Program-made: the position numbers and the translations under genes | NCBI RefSeq assembly: GCF_965230735.1 | Contig: NZ_OZ246016.1 | Coordinates: forward strand, 765,194-829,193 | From: Motiliproteus sp. | Lineage (GTDB): Bacteria; Pseudomonadota; Gammaproteobacteria; Pseudomonadales; Balneatricaceae | Reading direction: 5' to 3' | Length of the DNA stretch: 64,000 nucleotides | Shown here: one piece after another, positions 1 to 9,131 of the stretch | Layout: the number at the start of each line of letters is the position of its first letter | Numbering within the stretch: position 1 is the first letter of the stretch | The notes under the pieces: generated by a model | What the model was told of the DNA's origin: nothing | The model's input: only the letters and a program-made list of their open reading frames with translations | Databases searched by the model: none

Positions 1-816
1 GTTGGCGATCATGATCGGTGACACCAGACCGCTGTCCTCGGCGCGCCACCAGCGTGGGGCCCAGTCGCTGCCGCGTTGTTCCTCGAAGGCGCCGTCGCTG
101 AGAAAGGCGACCAGCCGTTCACCGGGTAGCGGCTGGTGAATGTAGTGCAGACCGGCAAACCCCAGATAACCGCCCTCCAGGCTGGCACCGGCGGTGTTGA
201 CGTTGACGTGGCTGCCCAGCGGCGAGGCCGGACGCCCGTCGGCACTGACATGGTAGGCATAAAAGTCCCGTACAAACCGGGTCAGGCCTGCATCGTCGAG
301 CGGGTAGTTGTCGTGATGGATCGGCAGACTGTTGCCCACCAGCAGGTTGGTGGCGTCGACGGCGGCGACACAGTGACCCTGCCCCATCAGCCAGTGCCGG
401 CTGACGCCGCTCAGCGCGTTGATCAACAGGTAGCCGACATAGCCGGGCACCATGTTCAGCGAGCCGCCGGTGTGGCCCTGAGGGTCGCGTTTGAAGTCGG
501 CATGGGTCAGATCACGGCCGTCCCGGTAGACGTTCTCGGCGTAGGTCATATGCACCACCAGCCACATCGCTGCCGAGGCCAGGCGGTCGGCGGCCTGTAG
601 CTGTCGATAGGCGACACTCTTGTCGGTGATTGCGCCCTGGTGGTGGAGCCGGTCGACCAGTTCGTAGACCCTGACCTGGGTTTGAGGGCGGTGGCGGATG
701 ACGCCGTAACCGGCGGCCCAGTCGGCGAAAATAAGATCCCGCTCGCGATACAGCGCGGCGCGCTGTTCGATTTCGTGCTGGTGGTAGCGATGGATCTTCA
801 ACTGCTCCTTGCTCAT
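1..816 (-). CDS. Phosphoketolase (XFP) family TPP-dependent enzyme, N-terminal part; runs off the window edge
   Basis: Not in the ORF track; translated manually from ATG at 816 (AAGGAG RBS upstream), open to base 1: MSKEQLKIHRYH...DPQGHTGGSLNMVP...WLMGQGHC...LGSHVN...EGGYLG...VAFLSDGAFEEQRG. GHxG, GQGH, EGGxLG and the DG-type TPP motif match phosphoketolases. Confidence 0.75.
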   Translation of the reverse strand, partial: MSKEQLKIHRYHQHEIEQRAALYRERDLIFADWAAGYGVIRHRPQTQVRVYELVDRLHHQGAITDKSVAYRQLQAADRLASAAMWLVVHMTYAENVYRDGRDLTHADFKRDPQGHTGGSLNMVPGYVGYLLINALSGVSRHWLMGQGHCVAAVDATNLLVGNSLPIHHDNYPLDDAGLTRFVRDFYAYHVSADGRPASPLGSHVNVNTAGASLEGGYLGFAGLHYIHQPLPGERLVAFLSDGAFEEQRGSDWAPRWWRAEDSGLVSPIMIAN

Positions 817-1021
817 TGCTAACTCCTTGTTGAGACGGGGATATTGAGTCAATGGCGATCCCTTAAACGTAGTCCCAAAAGCGCCCTTTGGAAACCAAAT
901 TCATGGGTCCTGATCAGGCTTGCTATTTACTTTGGTCGGTGGGCTTGGCTAAGGCAAAGATAAATATCCGGACTAAACTGACCGTTATAACGATAAGCCA
1001 GCGGCTAAGGGGTCGAATGCA

Positions 1022-1408
1022 ATGATGATGAAGCTGGAGCAGAGCAGCTCCGATCGTCTCGGTTTTCTGGTCAGCGGCAAGCTGACCGACAACGATTACA
1101 AGAATTTTCTGATTCCGCAGGTGCGCCAGGCGCTGCTGCATCACGACCGGATCCGGCTGCTGTTTTTACTCGAAGGCTTTCGTGGCTGGGAGTTGCAGGC
1201 GGCCTGGGATGATCTGATCTTCGGACTGGAGATCAATCATCGGGTCGAGCGGCTGGCGGTGCTGGGCTCGCAGGAGTGGGAGCGCTGGATGGCGCAACTG
1301 GCCAAGCCCTTCACCTATGGTGAGATTCAGTTTTACCAGCTCAACCAGCTTGAGCAGGCGTGGCAGTGGATAGATCAGCAGCCCGCCGTAGTCGGTAACG
1401 CAGGCTGA
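1022..1408 (+). CDS. STAS/SEC14 (SpoIIAA-like) domain protein
   Basis: 128 aa; VSGKLTxxDY, GWELQAAWDDL and RLAVLGSQEWERW are typical of the SpoIIAA-like family. Confidence 0.8.
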   Translation: MMMKLEQSSSDRLGFLVSGKLTDNDYKNFLIPQVRQALLHHDRIRLLFLLEGFRGWELQAAWDDLIFGLEINHRVERLAVLGSQEWERWMAQLAKPFTYGEIQFYQLNQLEQAWQWIDQQPAVVGNAG

Positions 1409-2597
1409 AGGCCAGCGCCGCCGTCAGCGCCAAAATCAACAGCGATCCCAATACCACCCCATTCCATCCCTGGGCCTGCCAGAACCGGTCCAGGTAGAAG
1501 CCCCCGCTGGCGGCTCCCAGGTAATAGCAGACCAGATAGAGCGACGAGGCGCTGGCCCGGGCATGCTCGGCGTTGCGGTTGACCCAGGCGCTGCAGACCG
1601 AGTGGCAGATAAAGAAGCCAAAGCTACTGACCAGCAACCCCAGCACGATGGTTGGTAGAGCCTGGTATAGCGTCAGTAGGGAGCCGAGCATCATGATCAG
1701 CACCCCGGCCAGCATGCAGTCCGGTTGGCCAAAGCGCTGGCTCAATTTGCCCGATACCGCCGAGCCCAGCGAGCCGCTCAGGTAGGTTAGAAACAGCATT
1801 CCCAGCCAGCTGGGAGCCAGCTCGAACGGCGCATCACTGAGTACATAGGTGATGTAGCTGTACTGGTTGGAGAAGATAAAGAAATTCAGACCCCCGATCA
1901 GGTAGGCGGTCACCAGCAGCGGATTGCGCAGGTGGCCGGCCAGATCGGTCGCCATGGTTTTCGGCCTGAGCGGGCGGGGTTGGAAGTGCTGCGACGGCGG
2001 TAGCAGCCAGGCCACCAGCGCCACGCCCAGCAGGCTGAGAACGCCAAGCAGATAGAAGGCGCTGTACCAGTCTAGCCAATCGGTGACAAAGCCACCCACC
2101 AAGCGACCGCTGATGCCGCCCAGCGAATTGGCACTGATATAGAGCCCCACCGCCAGCAGCAGCGCCGGGCGCTCGAACTCATCCCCCATGTAGGCGATCG
2201 CGATCGCCGGTAACCCGCCCAACAGCAGTCCCTGCAGCATCCGTAGCGCCAGCAGCGAGTCGTAACTTTGTGTCAGCGGGAGCAGCAGGCTCAGGACGCT
2301 GGATCCGAATAGGGTCAGCAGCATGATCCGGCGCCGCCCCAGTGCATCCGACAGCGGCCCGTAGACCAGCAGCGACAGGCCCAGGGTCAGCATCGGCAGG
2401 GCCAGCGACCAGGTGGCCTGTAGATCGGTCAGCTCGAACTGGGTCCGCAGCAGCGGAAACAGCGGCTGGGTGATGTAGAGGTTGGCGAACACGATAAAGG
2501 AGCCCAGGCACAGGGCTAGGGTAGCGCGGGTAAAGGCGGTGGTGCCGGTTTGGATCATGCTGGGCTTCATCGAGTCAGTGGGATAGCGGAGCTCCAC
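1341..2597 (-). CDS. MFS transporter (YnfM/YybF-like)
   Basis: About 12 hydrophobic segments, motif A GPLSDALGRRRIM, NLYITQPLFP, ASASSLYL. True start may be ATG 2570 or 2558. Confidence 0.85.
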   Translation of the reverse strand: MELRYPTDSMKPSMIQTGTTAFTRATLALCLGSFIVFANLYITQPLFPLLRTQFELTDLQATWSLALPMLTLGLSLLVYGPLSDALGRRRIMLLTLFGSSVLSLLLPLTQSYDSLLALRMLQGLLLGGLPAIAIAYMGDEFERPALLLAVGLYISANSLGGISGRLVGGFVTDWLDWYSAFYLLGVLSLLGVALVAWLLPPSQHFQPRPLRPKTMATDLAGHLRNPLLVTAYLIGGLNFFIFSNQYSYITYVLSDAPFELAPSWLGMLFLTYLSGSLGSAVSGKLSQRFGQPDCMLAGVLIMMLGSLLTLYQALPTIVLGLLVSSFGFFICHSVCSAWVNRNAEHARASASSLYLVCYYLGAASGGFYLDRFWQAQGWNGVVLGSLLILALTAALAFSLRYRLRRAADLSTATPAQAG

Positions 2598-2626
2598 TGT
2601 AGGTCAATCCAGTGAATATCAAAAAT

Positions 2627-2650
2627 ATATAATCTCTATAGAATTTATAG
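2627..2650. promoter_or_regulatory. Probable LysR binding sites (T-N11-A) in the divergent MFS/LysR intergenic region
   Basis: Palindrome CTATA-GAATT-TATAG (2636-2650) plus adjacent TATAATCTCTATA. Confidence 0.4.
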
Positions 2651-2697
2651 CGAGTTGGTATAGTGTCTGCATTAGCAGAGTTGGTTGAGAGCGAGCG

Positions 2698-3573
2698 ATG
2701 GACCTACGCAAACTACGCATCTTTGTCGAAGTGGCCCGCCACGGCAGCTTCAGCGGCGCCGCCCGGGCGTTGCCACTGGCCCAACCGGCCGTCAGCGTGG
2801 CGGTGCAGAAGCTGGAGCAGGAGCTGGACCTGCTGCTGTTTCACCGTCACGACCGCCGTATCAGCCTGACCTCCGAGGGGAAGGTACTGCTGCAGCATGC
2901 GCAGCGGATGCTGGAGGACCTGCGCCAGGCCCAACTGGAGATGGATGAGCTCAAGGGGCTGCGCAAGGGCGAGGTTCGGATCGGCATTCCGAGCATGCTC
3001 GGTACCTACTATTTTCCCGAGCTGCTGATGGCGTTCAAGCAGCGTTATCCACAGCTCAAGCTATCGGTGGAGGAAGCCGGTGCCCGGGATATCCAGCAGA
3101 TGATCGATGCCGGCGAGCTGGATATGGGGATTATCGTACGGGAGCAGTTACCGGAGTCGCTGGAAGCTGAGCTGTTCCTGCGCGAGCAGATGGTGGTCTG
3201 CCTGCCGCCGGAGCACCCCTTAGCGGCCCAACCGAGCGTCAGTTTCGAGCAATTTTTCGCCGAGCCGCTGGTGCTGTTCAAGCCAGGTTATTTTCATCGC
3301 GCCTTTATCGATCGGTTGGCCCAGCAGACCGAGCTGCCGATGCAGATCGAGTTTGAAACCAACTTGATTCCGCTGATTCGTAAGATCGTCCGCAAGGGGT
3401 TCGGGGTCACCACCTTCCTGGCGATGGTGGCCGAGGGGGATTCGGAACTGGCGGCACGGCCGTTCAGTGAGCCGGTCTGGCTGGACCTCTGTATCGCCTG
3501 GAAACGGGGCGCCTATCTGTCCCATGCCGACCGCAGTTTCGTCGAGTTTTTGCTCGAGCACAGCCGGGTCTGA
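2698..3573 (+). CDS. LysR family transcriptional regulator
   Basis: N-terminal HTH (LRIFVEVARHGSFSGAARALPLAQPAVS) and LysR substrate-binding domain; divergent from the MFS gene. Confidence 0.95.
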   Translation: MDLRKLRIFVEVARHGSFSGAARALPLAQPAVSVAVQKLEQELDLLLFHRHDRRISLTSEGKVLLQHAQRMLEDLRQAQLEMDELKGLRKGEVRIGIPSMLGTYYFPELLMAFKQRYPQLKLSVEEAGARDIQQMIDAGELDMGIIVREQLPESLEAELFLREQMVVCLPPEHPLAAQPSVSFEQFFAEPLVLFKPGYFHRAFIDRLAQQTELPMQIEFETNLIPLIRKIVRKGFGVTTFLAMVAEGDSELAARPFSEPVWLDLCIAWKRGAYLSHADRSFVEFLLEHSRV

Positions 3574-3761
3574 GCCGATCAATTCGCTGTATTAATTAAT
3601 TTCAATACTTGATTGAAAACTTTCAACGCCATTCATGCTGCGACAGCGCTGCATTGATCAATCTTTATGCTATGATTGCCGCCCATTTTTGAAGCAGCCC
3701 GCGGATTCCGGAGTGAGCCTGGAGTGTACCGCCGGCAGGAAAGTTTGAGGTCGTTGTTGCC

Positions 3762-4994
3762 ATGAGCAAGATTACATCCCTGGACAAGAGCAAGATTAAG
3801 TTTCTGCTGCTTGAGGGCGTTCACCAATCCGCCGTCGATACCCTGAAGGCGTCCGGCTACAGCAACATCGATTACCTGACCACCGCGCTGCCGGAAGACG
3901 AGCTGATCGAGCGGATCAAAGACGCTCACTTTGTCGGTATCCGTTCCCGGACTCAGCTCAACGAGCGGGTGTTCGAAGCGGCGTCCAAGCTGATGGCGGT
4001 GGGTTGTTTCTGTATCGGTACCAACCAGGTTGATCTGAACGCGGCGATCGCCAAGGGTGTGACCGTGTTCAACGCGCCCTACTCCAACACTCGCTCGGTG
4101 GCGGAACTGGTGATTGCCGAAGCGATCATCCTGATGCGTGGCGTGGCCGAGAAGAATGCCAAGGCCCACCGTGGGGTCTGGAACAAGTCGGCTTCCAACT
4201 CCTATGAAGTTCGTGGCAAGAAGCTGGGCATCATCGGCTACGGTTCGATCGGTTCTCAGCTGAGCGTGATGGCCGAATCCCTGGGTATGGAAGTGATCTT
4301 CTACGATACCGTCACCAAGCTGCCGCTGGGTAACGCCAACCAGGTAGGCTCGCTGAAAGAGCTGCTGAACCAGGCCGACATCGTCAGCCTGCACGTGCCG
4401 GAAAGCCCGTCGACCAAGAACATGATCGGTCCGCAACAGCTGGAGCAGATGAAGCCGGGCTCGATCCTGATCAACGCTGCCCGCGGTACCGTGATCGAGA
4501 TCGATGCGCTGTGCGAAACCCTCAAGACCGGCAAGCTGCTGGGTGCGGCGATCGACGTGTTCCCGGTTGAGCCCAAGTCTAACAGCGAAGAGTTCGTCTC
4601 GCCGCTGCGTGAGTTCGACAATGTGATCCTGACCCCGCACGTCGGTGGCTCCACCATGGAAGCGCAGGAGAACATCGGTTTTGAAGTGGCCGAGAAACTG
4701 GTCAAGTACTCCGATAACGGCTCCACCATCACCTCGGTCAACTTCCCCGAGGTGGCCCTGCCGGCGCATCCGGACAAGCACCGCCTGTTGCACATCCACG
4801 AGAACGTGCCGGGCGTGATGACCGCGATCAACCATGTGTTCTCCGATAACAATATCAACATCTCCGGTCAGTACCTGCAGACCAACGATAAGGTCGGTTA
4901 CGTGGTGATGGATATCGATGCCGAGCACTCCGATCTGGCGGTCAAACAGCTCAAGCAGGTGCCGGGCACCATCCGCTGCCGGGTACTGTTCTAA
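3762..4994 (+). CDS. serA: D-3-phosphoglycerate dehydrogenase
   Basis: GIRSRTQL, GCFCIGTNQVDL, NAPYSNTRSVAELV, LTPHVGGST and C-terminal ACT domain; E. coli-type SerA. Confidence 0.97.
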   Translation: MSKITSLDKSKIKFLLLEGVHQSAVDTLKASGYSNIDYLTTALPEDELIERIKDAHFVGIRSRTQLNERVFEAASKLMAVGCFCIGTNQVDLNAAIAKGVTVFNAPYSNTRSVAELVIAEAIILMRGVAEKNAKAHRGVWNKSASNSYEVRGKKLGIIGYGSIGSQLSVMAESLGMEVIFYDTVTKLPLGNANQVGSLKELLNQADIVSLHVPESPSTKNMIGPQQLEQMKPGSILINAARGTVIEIDALCETLKTGKLLGAAIDVFPVEPKSNSEEFVSPLREFDNVILTPHVGGSTMEAQENIGFEVAEKLVKYSDNGSTITSVNFPEVALPAHPDKHRLLHIHENVPGVMTAINHVFSDNNINISGQYLQTNDKVGYVVMDIDAEHSDLAVKQLKQVPGTIRCRVLF

Positions 4995-5024
4995 GCCGGA
5001 TTGCTAAACGGCGACAAACCCTCC

Positions 5025-5051
5025 AAGCCCTGCTGTATAGCGGGGCTTTTT
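5025..5051 (+). terminator. Rho-independent terminator after serA
   Basis: AAGCCCTGCT-GTAT-AGCGGGGCTT followed by a T tract. Confidence 0.7.
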
Positions 5052-5202
5052 GGTATAGGCTTAGTAACTAAGCTGTTTCTGTATTAGTTCGCTTTAAAGC
5101 GCAACTGAAGGGATGGTCTAGATCTCGGCAATGCCGTTGGACGGCATGGGGAGATGGGTTGACGGTCGGACGGAACAAACCGACCGGATGTAGTCTGAAG
5201 GG

Positions 5203-7035
5203 ATGGCCATGCCTTTATCGATACTGCACCAACGCCTTTCGAACTGGATCCTGGTGGCGATTGCTCTACTGCTGGCCGCCCTCTCCCTGCTATGGCTGAT
5301 TATCACCACCGCCTCTGAACGCCAGGATCAGGCTGCCGCCGAGCAATACCGGCAGCAGGTCGACTCGGCCTTGAACTACGAGATCAAGGGCTTAGGCACC
5401 CATGCGATGGATGCCGCCTGGTGGGATGAAGCGATCCGGAACCTGGTGCAACAGCCTGACCCGGACTGGGGCCAGAGTAATATCGGCGCCTATCTGGATG
5501 AGGAGTTCGGGATTCCGATCTCGATGGCGATCGATCAGCACGACCGCCTGCTGCAGGGGTTTGTCGATTCGGAACCGATGCAGCATTTTGAGCCCTTTGC
5601 CGACAGCCGTTCACTGGCGATATTGATTCAGCAGGCACGGGCTAGTTCACTTCAGGACCCGGAAGGGTTCGGCGGTTTGATCGAAGTGGCCGGACAGCTC
5701 TACGTTGCCGGGGTGGCCCCTTTTACCACCGAAGAGGTCGCCGACGATGATGTCCGCAGTGGCGAACTGTTCAGTGTGCTGGTGTTTTTAAAGCGCTTTG
5801 ACGCCGACTATGTCGACGGCTTCTCTGAGCGCTTTTCGCTGCAACTGACCGGTATCAGACCTTATGCCGGTAACAACAGTCTGCCGATGACCACCTTAAC
5901 GGGTAATAATCTCGGCCACCTGCATTTCTCCCCGCCGACACCGGGCCTGCACCTGATCGATTCGATCCTGCAGCCGGTATTGCTGTTCAGTGCGGTGCTG
6001 GGGGCGATGTTCCTGCTCAATGCCTACTTCAGTTTCCGTACCGCCCGACTCAGCCAATTGTTGGAAATAGAACACAAACAGTTACGGCAGACCCGTTTCG
6101 AACTGAAGATCAATCAGGAGATTATCGGTTCGATCAAGGAAGGGGTGGTCGTGGTCGATGAGCAGTATCTGATCACCTATACCAATCCCGCCTTCAGCCG
6201 AATCACCGGTTTCTCTGACGCAGAAGTGATCGGTAAACGTGCGCTGATGGACCCGAGGATCGACGTCAGTAAATCGCTATATCAGCAGATGCAGCAGGCG
6301 ATTGACGAGCAGGGTAACTGGGAACATGAGATTAACGCGCAGCGCAAAGATGGGACGAACTATACCCTGAGCATGTCGGTCAGCCCGTTGATCGATCAGG
6401 GGCAGTGCAGCAGCGAGCTGGTGGGAATCTTCACCGATGTGACCGAGCGCAAGCAGCAGGAGCGACTGCTGGAGAAGCTGGCCAATCAGGATACCCTGAC
6501 CGAACTGTTGAATCGGCGTAGTTTCAAGCAGCGGGTGGAGCAGAAGATTGAGCGGGCGGGGCGTCACCCCGATACCCGATTGGCGTTGCTGTTTATCGAC
6601 CTGGACCTGTTTAAGGAGGTCAACGATTCCTACGGGCACGAGATTGGCGATCAACTGCTGATCGAGATTGCCGTGAGAATCCGGCGCTGCCTGCGCGCCT
6701 ATGACACGGTTGGCCGCATCGGCCTTGAGGAAGCGACAGCGCAAGTGAGCGGCGCCCTGGTCGGGCGGGTCGGCGGTGATGAATTTACCATCGCGATTGA
6801 CGAGCTTGCCGGCCAGCAAGATCTGGAGCGGGTGATCCAGCGCCTGCTCGAGCAGATTGAACAGCCCTTAACCCTTGCGGGCCAACAGGTGGCGGTGACC
6901 GCCAGCATCGGGGTGGCTATCTACCCGGAAGACGGAGGCAGTTATGCCGACCTGATCCGCCATGCCGATAAAGCGATGTATCGTTCCAAGCAGGGCGGGC
7001 GCAACCGCTCCTGCTATTACTCCGACCCGGTCTGA
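5203..7035 (+). CDS. Membrane diguanylate cyclase (CHASE4-PAS-GGDEF)
   Basis: Two TM segments flank a CHASE4-like region (DAAWWDEA). PAS (ITYTNPAFSRITGFSDAEVIG), DTLTELLNRR, FIDLDLFKEVNDSYGHEIGD, GGDEF, ADKAMYRSK; no EAL domain. Confidence 0.9.
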   Translation: MAMPLSILHQRLSNWILVAIALLLAALSLLWLIITTASERQDQAAAEQYRQQVDSALNYEIKGLGTHAMDAAWWDEAIRNLVQQPDPDWGQSNIGAYLDEEFGIPISMAIDQHDRLLQGFVDSEPMQHFEPFADSRSLAILIQQARASSLQDPEGFGGLIEVAGQLYVAGVAPFTTEEVADDDVRSGELFSVLVFLKRFDADYVDGFSERFSLQLTGIRPYAGNNSLPMTTLTGNNLGHLHFSPPTPGLHLIDSILQPVLLFSAVLGAMFLLNAYFSFRTARLSQLLEIEHKQLRQTRFELKINQEIIGSIKEGVVVVDEQYLITYTNPAFSRITGFSDAEVIGKRALMDPRIDVSKSLYQQMQQAIDEQGNWEHEINAQRKDGTNYTLSMSVSPLIDQGQCSSELVGIFTDVTERKQQERLLEKLANQDTLTELLNRRSFKQRVEQKIERAGRHPDTRLALLFIDLDLFKEVNDSYGHEIGDQLLIEIAVRIRRCLRAYDTVGRIGLEEATAQVSGALVGRVGGDEFTIAIDELAGQQDLERVIQRLLEQIEQPLTLAGQQVAVTASIGVAIYPEDGGSYADLIRHADKAMYRSKQGGRNRSCYYSDPV

Positions 7036-7178
7036 GTCACTGCGCCAACAAACCACTGCTGATCCCGTCTAGACTGAGTTTATAGACTGCTTTCTAAGGA
7101 ACCTGCGAATAAGCGGTTTCTGCAAGTGCGAGACGCTGGCAAGGACTTCTTGGCAGGCTCCTTAACAAGGAGGCGCCT

Positions 7179-8255
7179 GTGAACGTTATCCGCCCGATCG
7201 AGCGGGATGACCTGAGCGCGTTGCTGCGGATTGCAGAGCTCAGCGGGCCGGGCTTCACCTCGTTACCGCTGCATCCGGAACTGCTGGAGCAGCGAATCAA
7301 CCAATCCATTGCGTCGCTGCAACAGGCGTCAGGGCGATTCGACGGCGATCACTACCTGTTTGTGCTCGAGCACGGTGAAACCGGCGAGGTGATCGGTACC
7401 ACCGCCATCGCCTCCCGGGTTGGAATGCAGGACCCCTGGTATCACTACCGGATCGGAACTGTGGTTCATGCCTCGCGGGAGATGGGAATCCACAACCGCT
7501 TCAATACCCTCTATCTGTGCAATGACTACACCGGTCACTCGGAGGTCTGCAGCCTGTTTCTGGACCCCGCCTACCGCCGTGATCGCAATGGCACCTTGCT
7601 ATCGAAATGCCGGTTTCTGTTTATGGCGCAGTTTCCGGAGCGGTTTGCCGAGCGCGTTATCGCCGAGATGCGCGGAGTTTCCAACGACGCCGGAGACAGT
7701 CCGTTCTGGGAAGGTCTGGGGCGGCACTTCTTCAGCATGGAGTTCTCCGAGGCGGATTACCTGACCGGATTGGGAAATAAGTCGTTTATCGCCGAGTTGA
7801 TGCCCAAGCACTCGATCTACATTCATCTGCTGCCCGAGAGCGCGCAGCAGGTGATCGGTGAAGTTCATCGCAATACCCGCCCGGCCCGCAAAATGTTGGA
7901 GGATGAGGGTTTTCACTTCGAAGGCTACGTCGACATCTTCGATGCCGGACCGACCCTGATCTGTCGGCTCAATGATATTCGCAGCGTCAGTTACAGCGAG
8001 CAGCAACGCCTGGCCAAGGTGGTGAAAAAACTCCCCCCGGGACAGGCTTGTTTGCTGGCCAACACCCGGTTGCAGGGTTACCGCTGTATTTTGACCGAGT
8101 TGCCCTATTTCCCCGAAGGAAAGCTGCAACTTAGCCGGATCCAGGCCGACGCGCTGCAGGTTGAGCCGGGCGATGGGTTGCGGCTGGTGCCGTTGGCGCT
8201 GACCCGTAAACGAGCCGCCGCCGAGCCGGACTCTGATGGCTCTGCAAGCGGCTAG
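7179..8255 (+). CDS. astA: Arginine N-succinyltransferase
   Basis: SGPGFTSLP, YHYRIGTVVHAS, LCNDYTGHSEVCSLFL, IAEMRG, SPFWEGLGRHFF, YVDIFDAGP. Confidence 0.9.
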   Translation: MNVIRPIERDDLSALLRIAELSGPGFTSLPLHPELLEQRINQSIASLQQASGRFDGDHYLFVLEHGETGEVIGTTAIASRVGMQDPWYHYRIGTVVHASREMGIHNRFNTLYLCNDYTGHSEVCSLFLDPAYRRDRNGTLLSKCRFLFMAQFPERFAERVIAEMRGVSNDAGDSPFWEGLGRHFFSMEFSEADYLTGLGNKSFIAELMPKHSIYIHLLPESAQQVIGEVHRNTRPARKMLEDEGFHFEGYVDIFDAGPTLICRLNDIRSVSYSEQQRLAKVVKKLPPGQACLLANTRLQGYRCILTELPYFPEGKLQLSRIQADALQVEPGDGLRLVPLALTRKRAAAEPDSDGSASG

Positions 8256-8354
8256 CTGGTGGCTCAATGGCGGTTGGATGGGTGTTTTTACTGGCAAAGC
8301 CTCGGATTCAACGCTAACTTCAGGGGCTCGATTTAATGGACAAAAAGGCGATGG

Positions 8355-9131
8355 ATGGCGGTGTTTGAACTGCAGATATTGGGCGTTGGTGGGGGGATCT
8401 CCCACATCTACCAGAGCGAGTGCTCCAGCAGCCTGCTGTTGCTTCGCCATCAACAGCCCTGGGCGCTGATCGATCTGGGACTGGGGGTGGTCGATGCGCT
8501 GCATCGGCAGGGATGGAGCCTGCCTGAGCGGGTGCTGATCAGTCATAACCATACCGACCACGCCGGTGAGTTGCCGGTGGTTTTGCGGGTTGAACAGGCG
8601 GCCGGACGACGGCTGCAGGTCCTGGCCGAGACTGGCGTCTGCCAGCGGTTGATCGAGCATCGAATGGCCGAGCATGCACAGTTGATTGATCCCCATGAGC
8701 TGGCCGAATGGCGGTCCGCCGAGGCCGGTGAGCGCGTCGATTTGGGGGCTGGTCTGACACTGGAGTGGCTACCGACCCGGCACAGCGAGCGTTGCTTCGG
8801 ATTTTTGCTTTATCTGGAGGGCGCTCCGTTACTGGGTTACAGCGCCGACAGCGGTGAGCTGACCTCGCTTTATCAGCGGTTGTGTGAGGCGCCGACGGTG
8901 ATCTTTGATGCCCGTGAAACAGGGAGCGACTGGCATGCGGGATTCGATCAGATTCAGCCCTGGTTGGCAGCGGGACGGTATTTGATCAGCCATGGTATTC
9001 CGGCAGAGCAGCAACCGGACTACCGATACCGGGGACGGCGGCTACCGTTGTTGCAGCCTGGCCAGCGATTGGTTCTCGGTACGGCAACGCGCGGCGAGCC
9101 TGAGGGCGAGCATAGGGAGGTGAATCGATGA
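8355..9131 (+). CDS. MBL-fold metallo-hydrolase (RNase Z / cNMP phosphodiesterase-like)
   Basis: LGVGGG start, LIDLG, HNHTDH metal motif, TRHS, YSADS, late HA and SHG. Confidence 0.8.
   Translation: MAVFELQILGVGGGISHIYQSECSSSLLLLRHQQPWALIDLGLGVVDALHRQGWSLPERVLISHNHTDHAGELPVVLRVEQAAGRRLQVLAETGVCQRLIEHRMAEHAQLIDPHELAEWRSAEAGERVDLGAGLTLEWLPTRHSERCFGFLLYLEGAPLLGYSADSGELTSLYQRLCEAPTVIFDARETGSDWHAGFDQIQPWLAAGRYLISHGIPAEQQPDYRYRGRRLPLLQPGQRLVLGTATRGEPEGEHREVNR

Noticed and set aside
1341-1408. 68-bp convergent overlap of the MFS and SpoIIAA-like genes as antisense regulation
   Set aside because: Tail-to-tail overlaps of this size are common; no further evidence of function.
3585-3625. Overlapping palindromes upstream of serA (TTTCAAT-N5-ATTGAAA; TTGAAA-AC-TTTCAA)
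   Set aside because: AT-rich context makes chance palindromes likely, and I cannot match them to a defined regulator.
3633-4928. 431-aa minus-strand ORF, and similar long antisense ORFs (7599-8696, 11217-12116, 28231-29019, 45175-46167, 55390-56328, 56462-57424)
   Set aside because: Each lies opposite a well-recognised gene (serA, astA/MBL, ilvE, hldE, pit, torS, torT) and has no motifs; typical shadow ORFs of GC-rich coding DNA.
7120-7170. Sigma54 promoter for astA
   Set aside because: TGGCA motifs are present but lack the GC at the correct -12 spacing.
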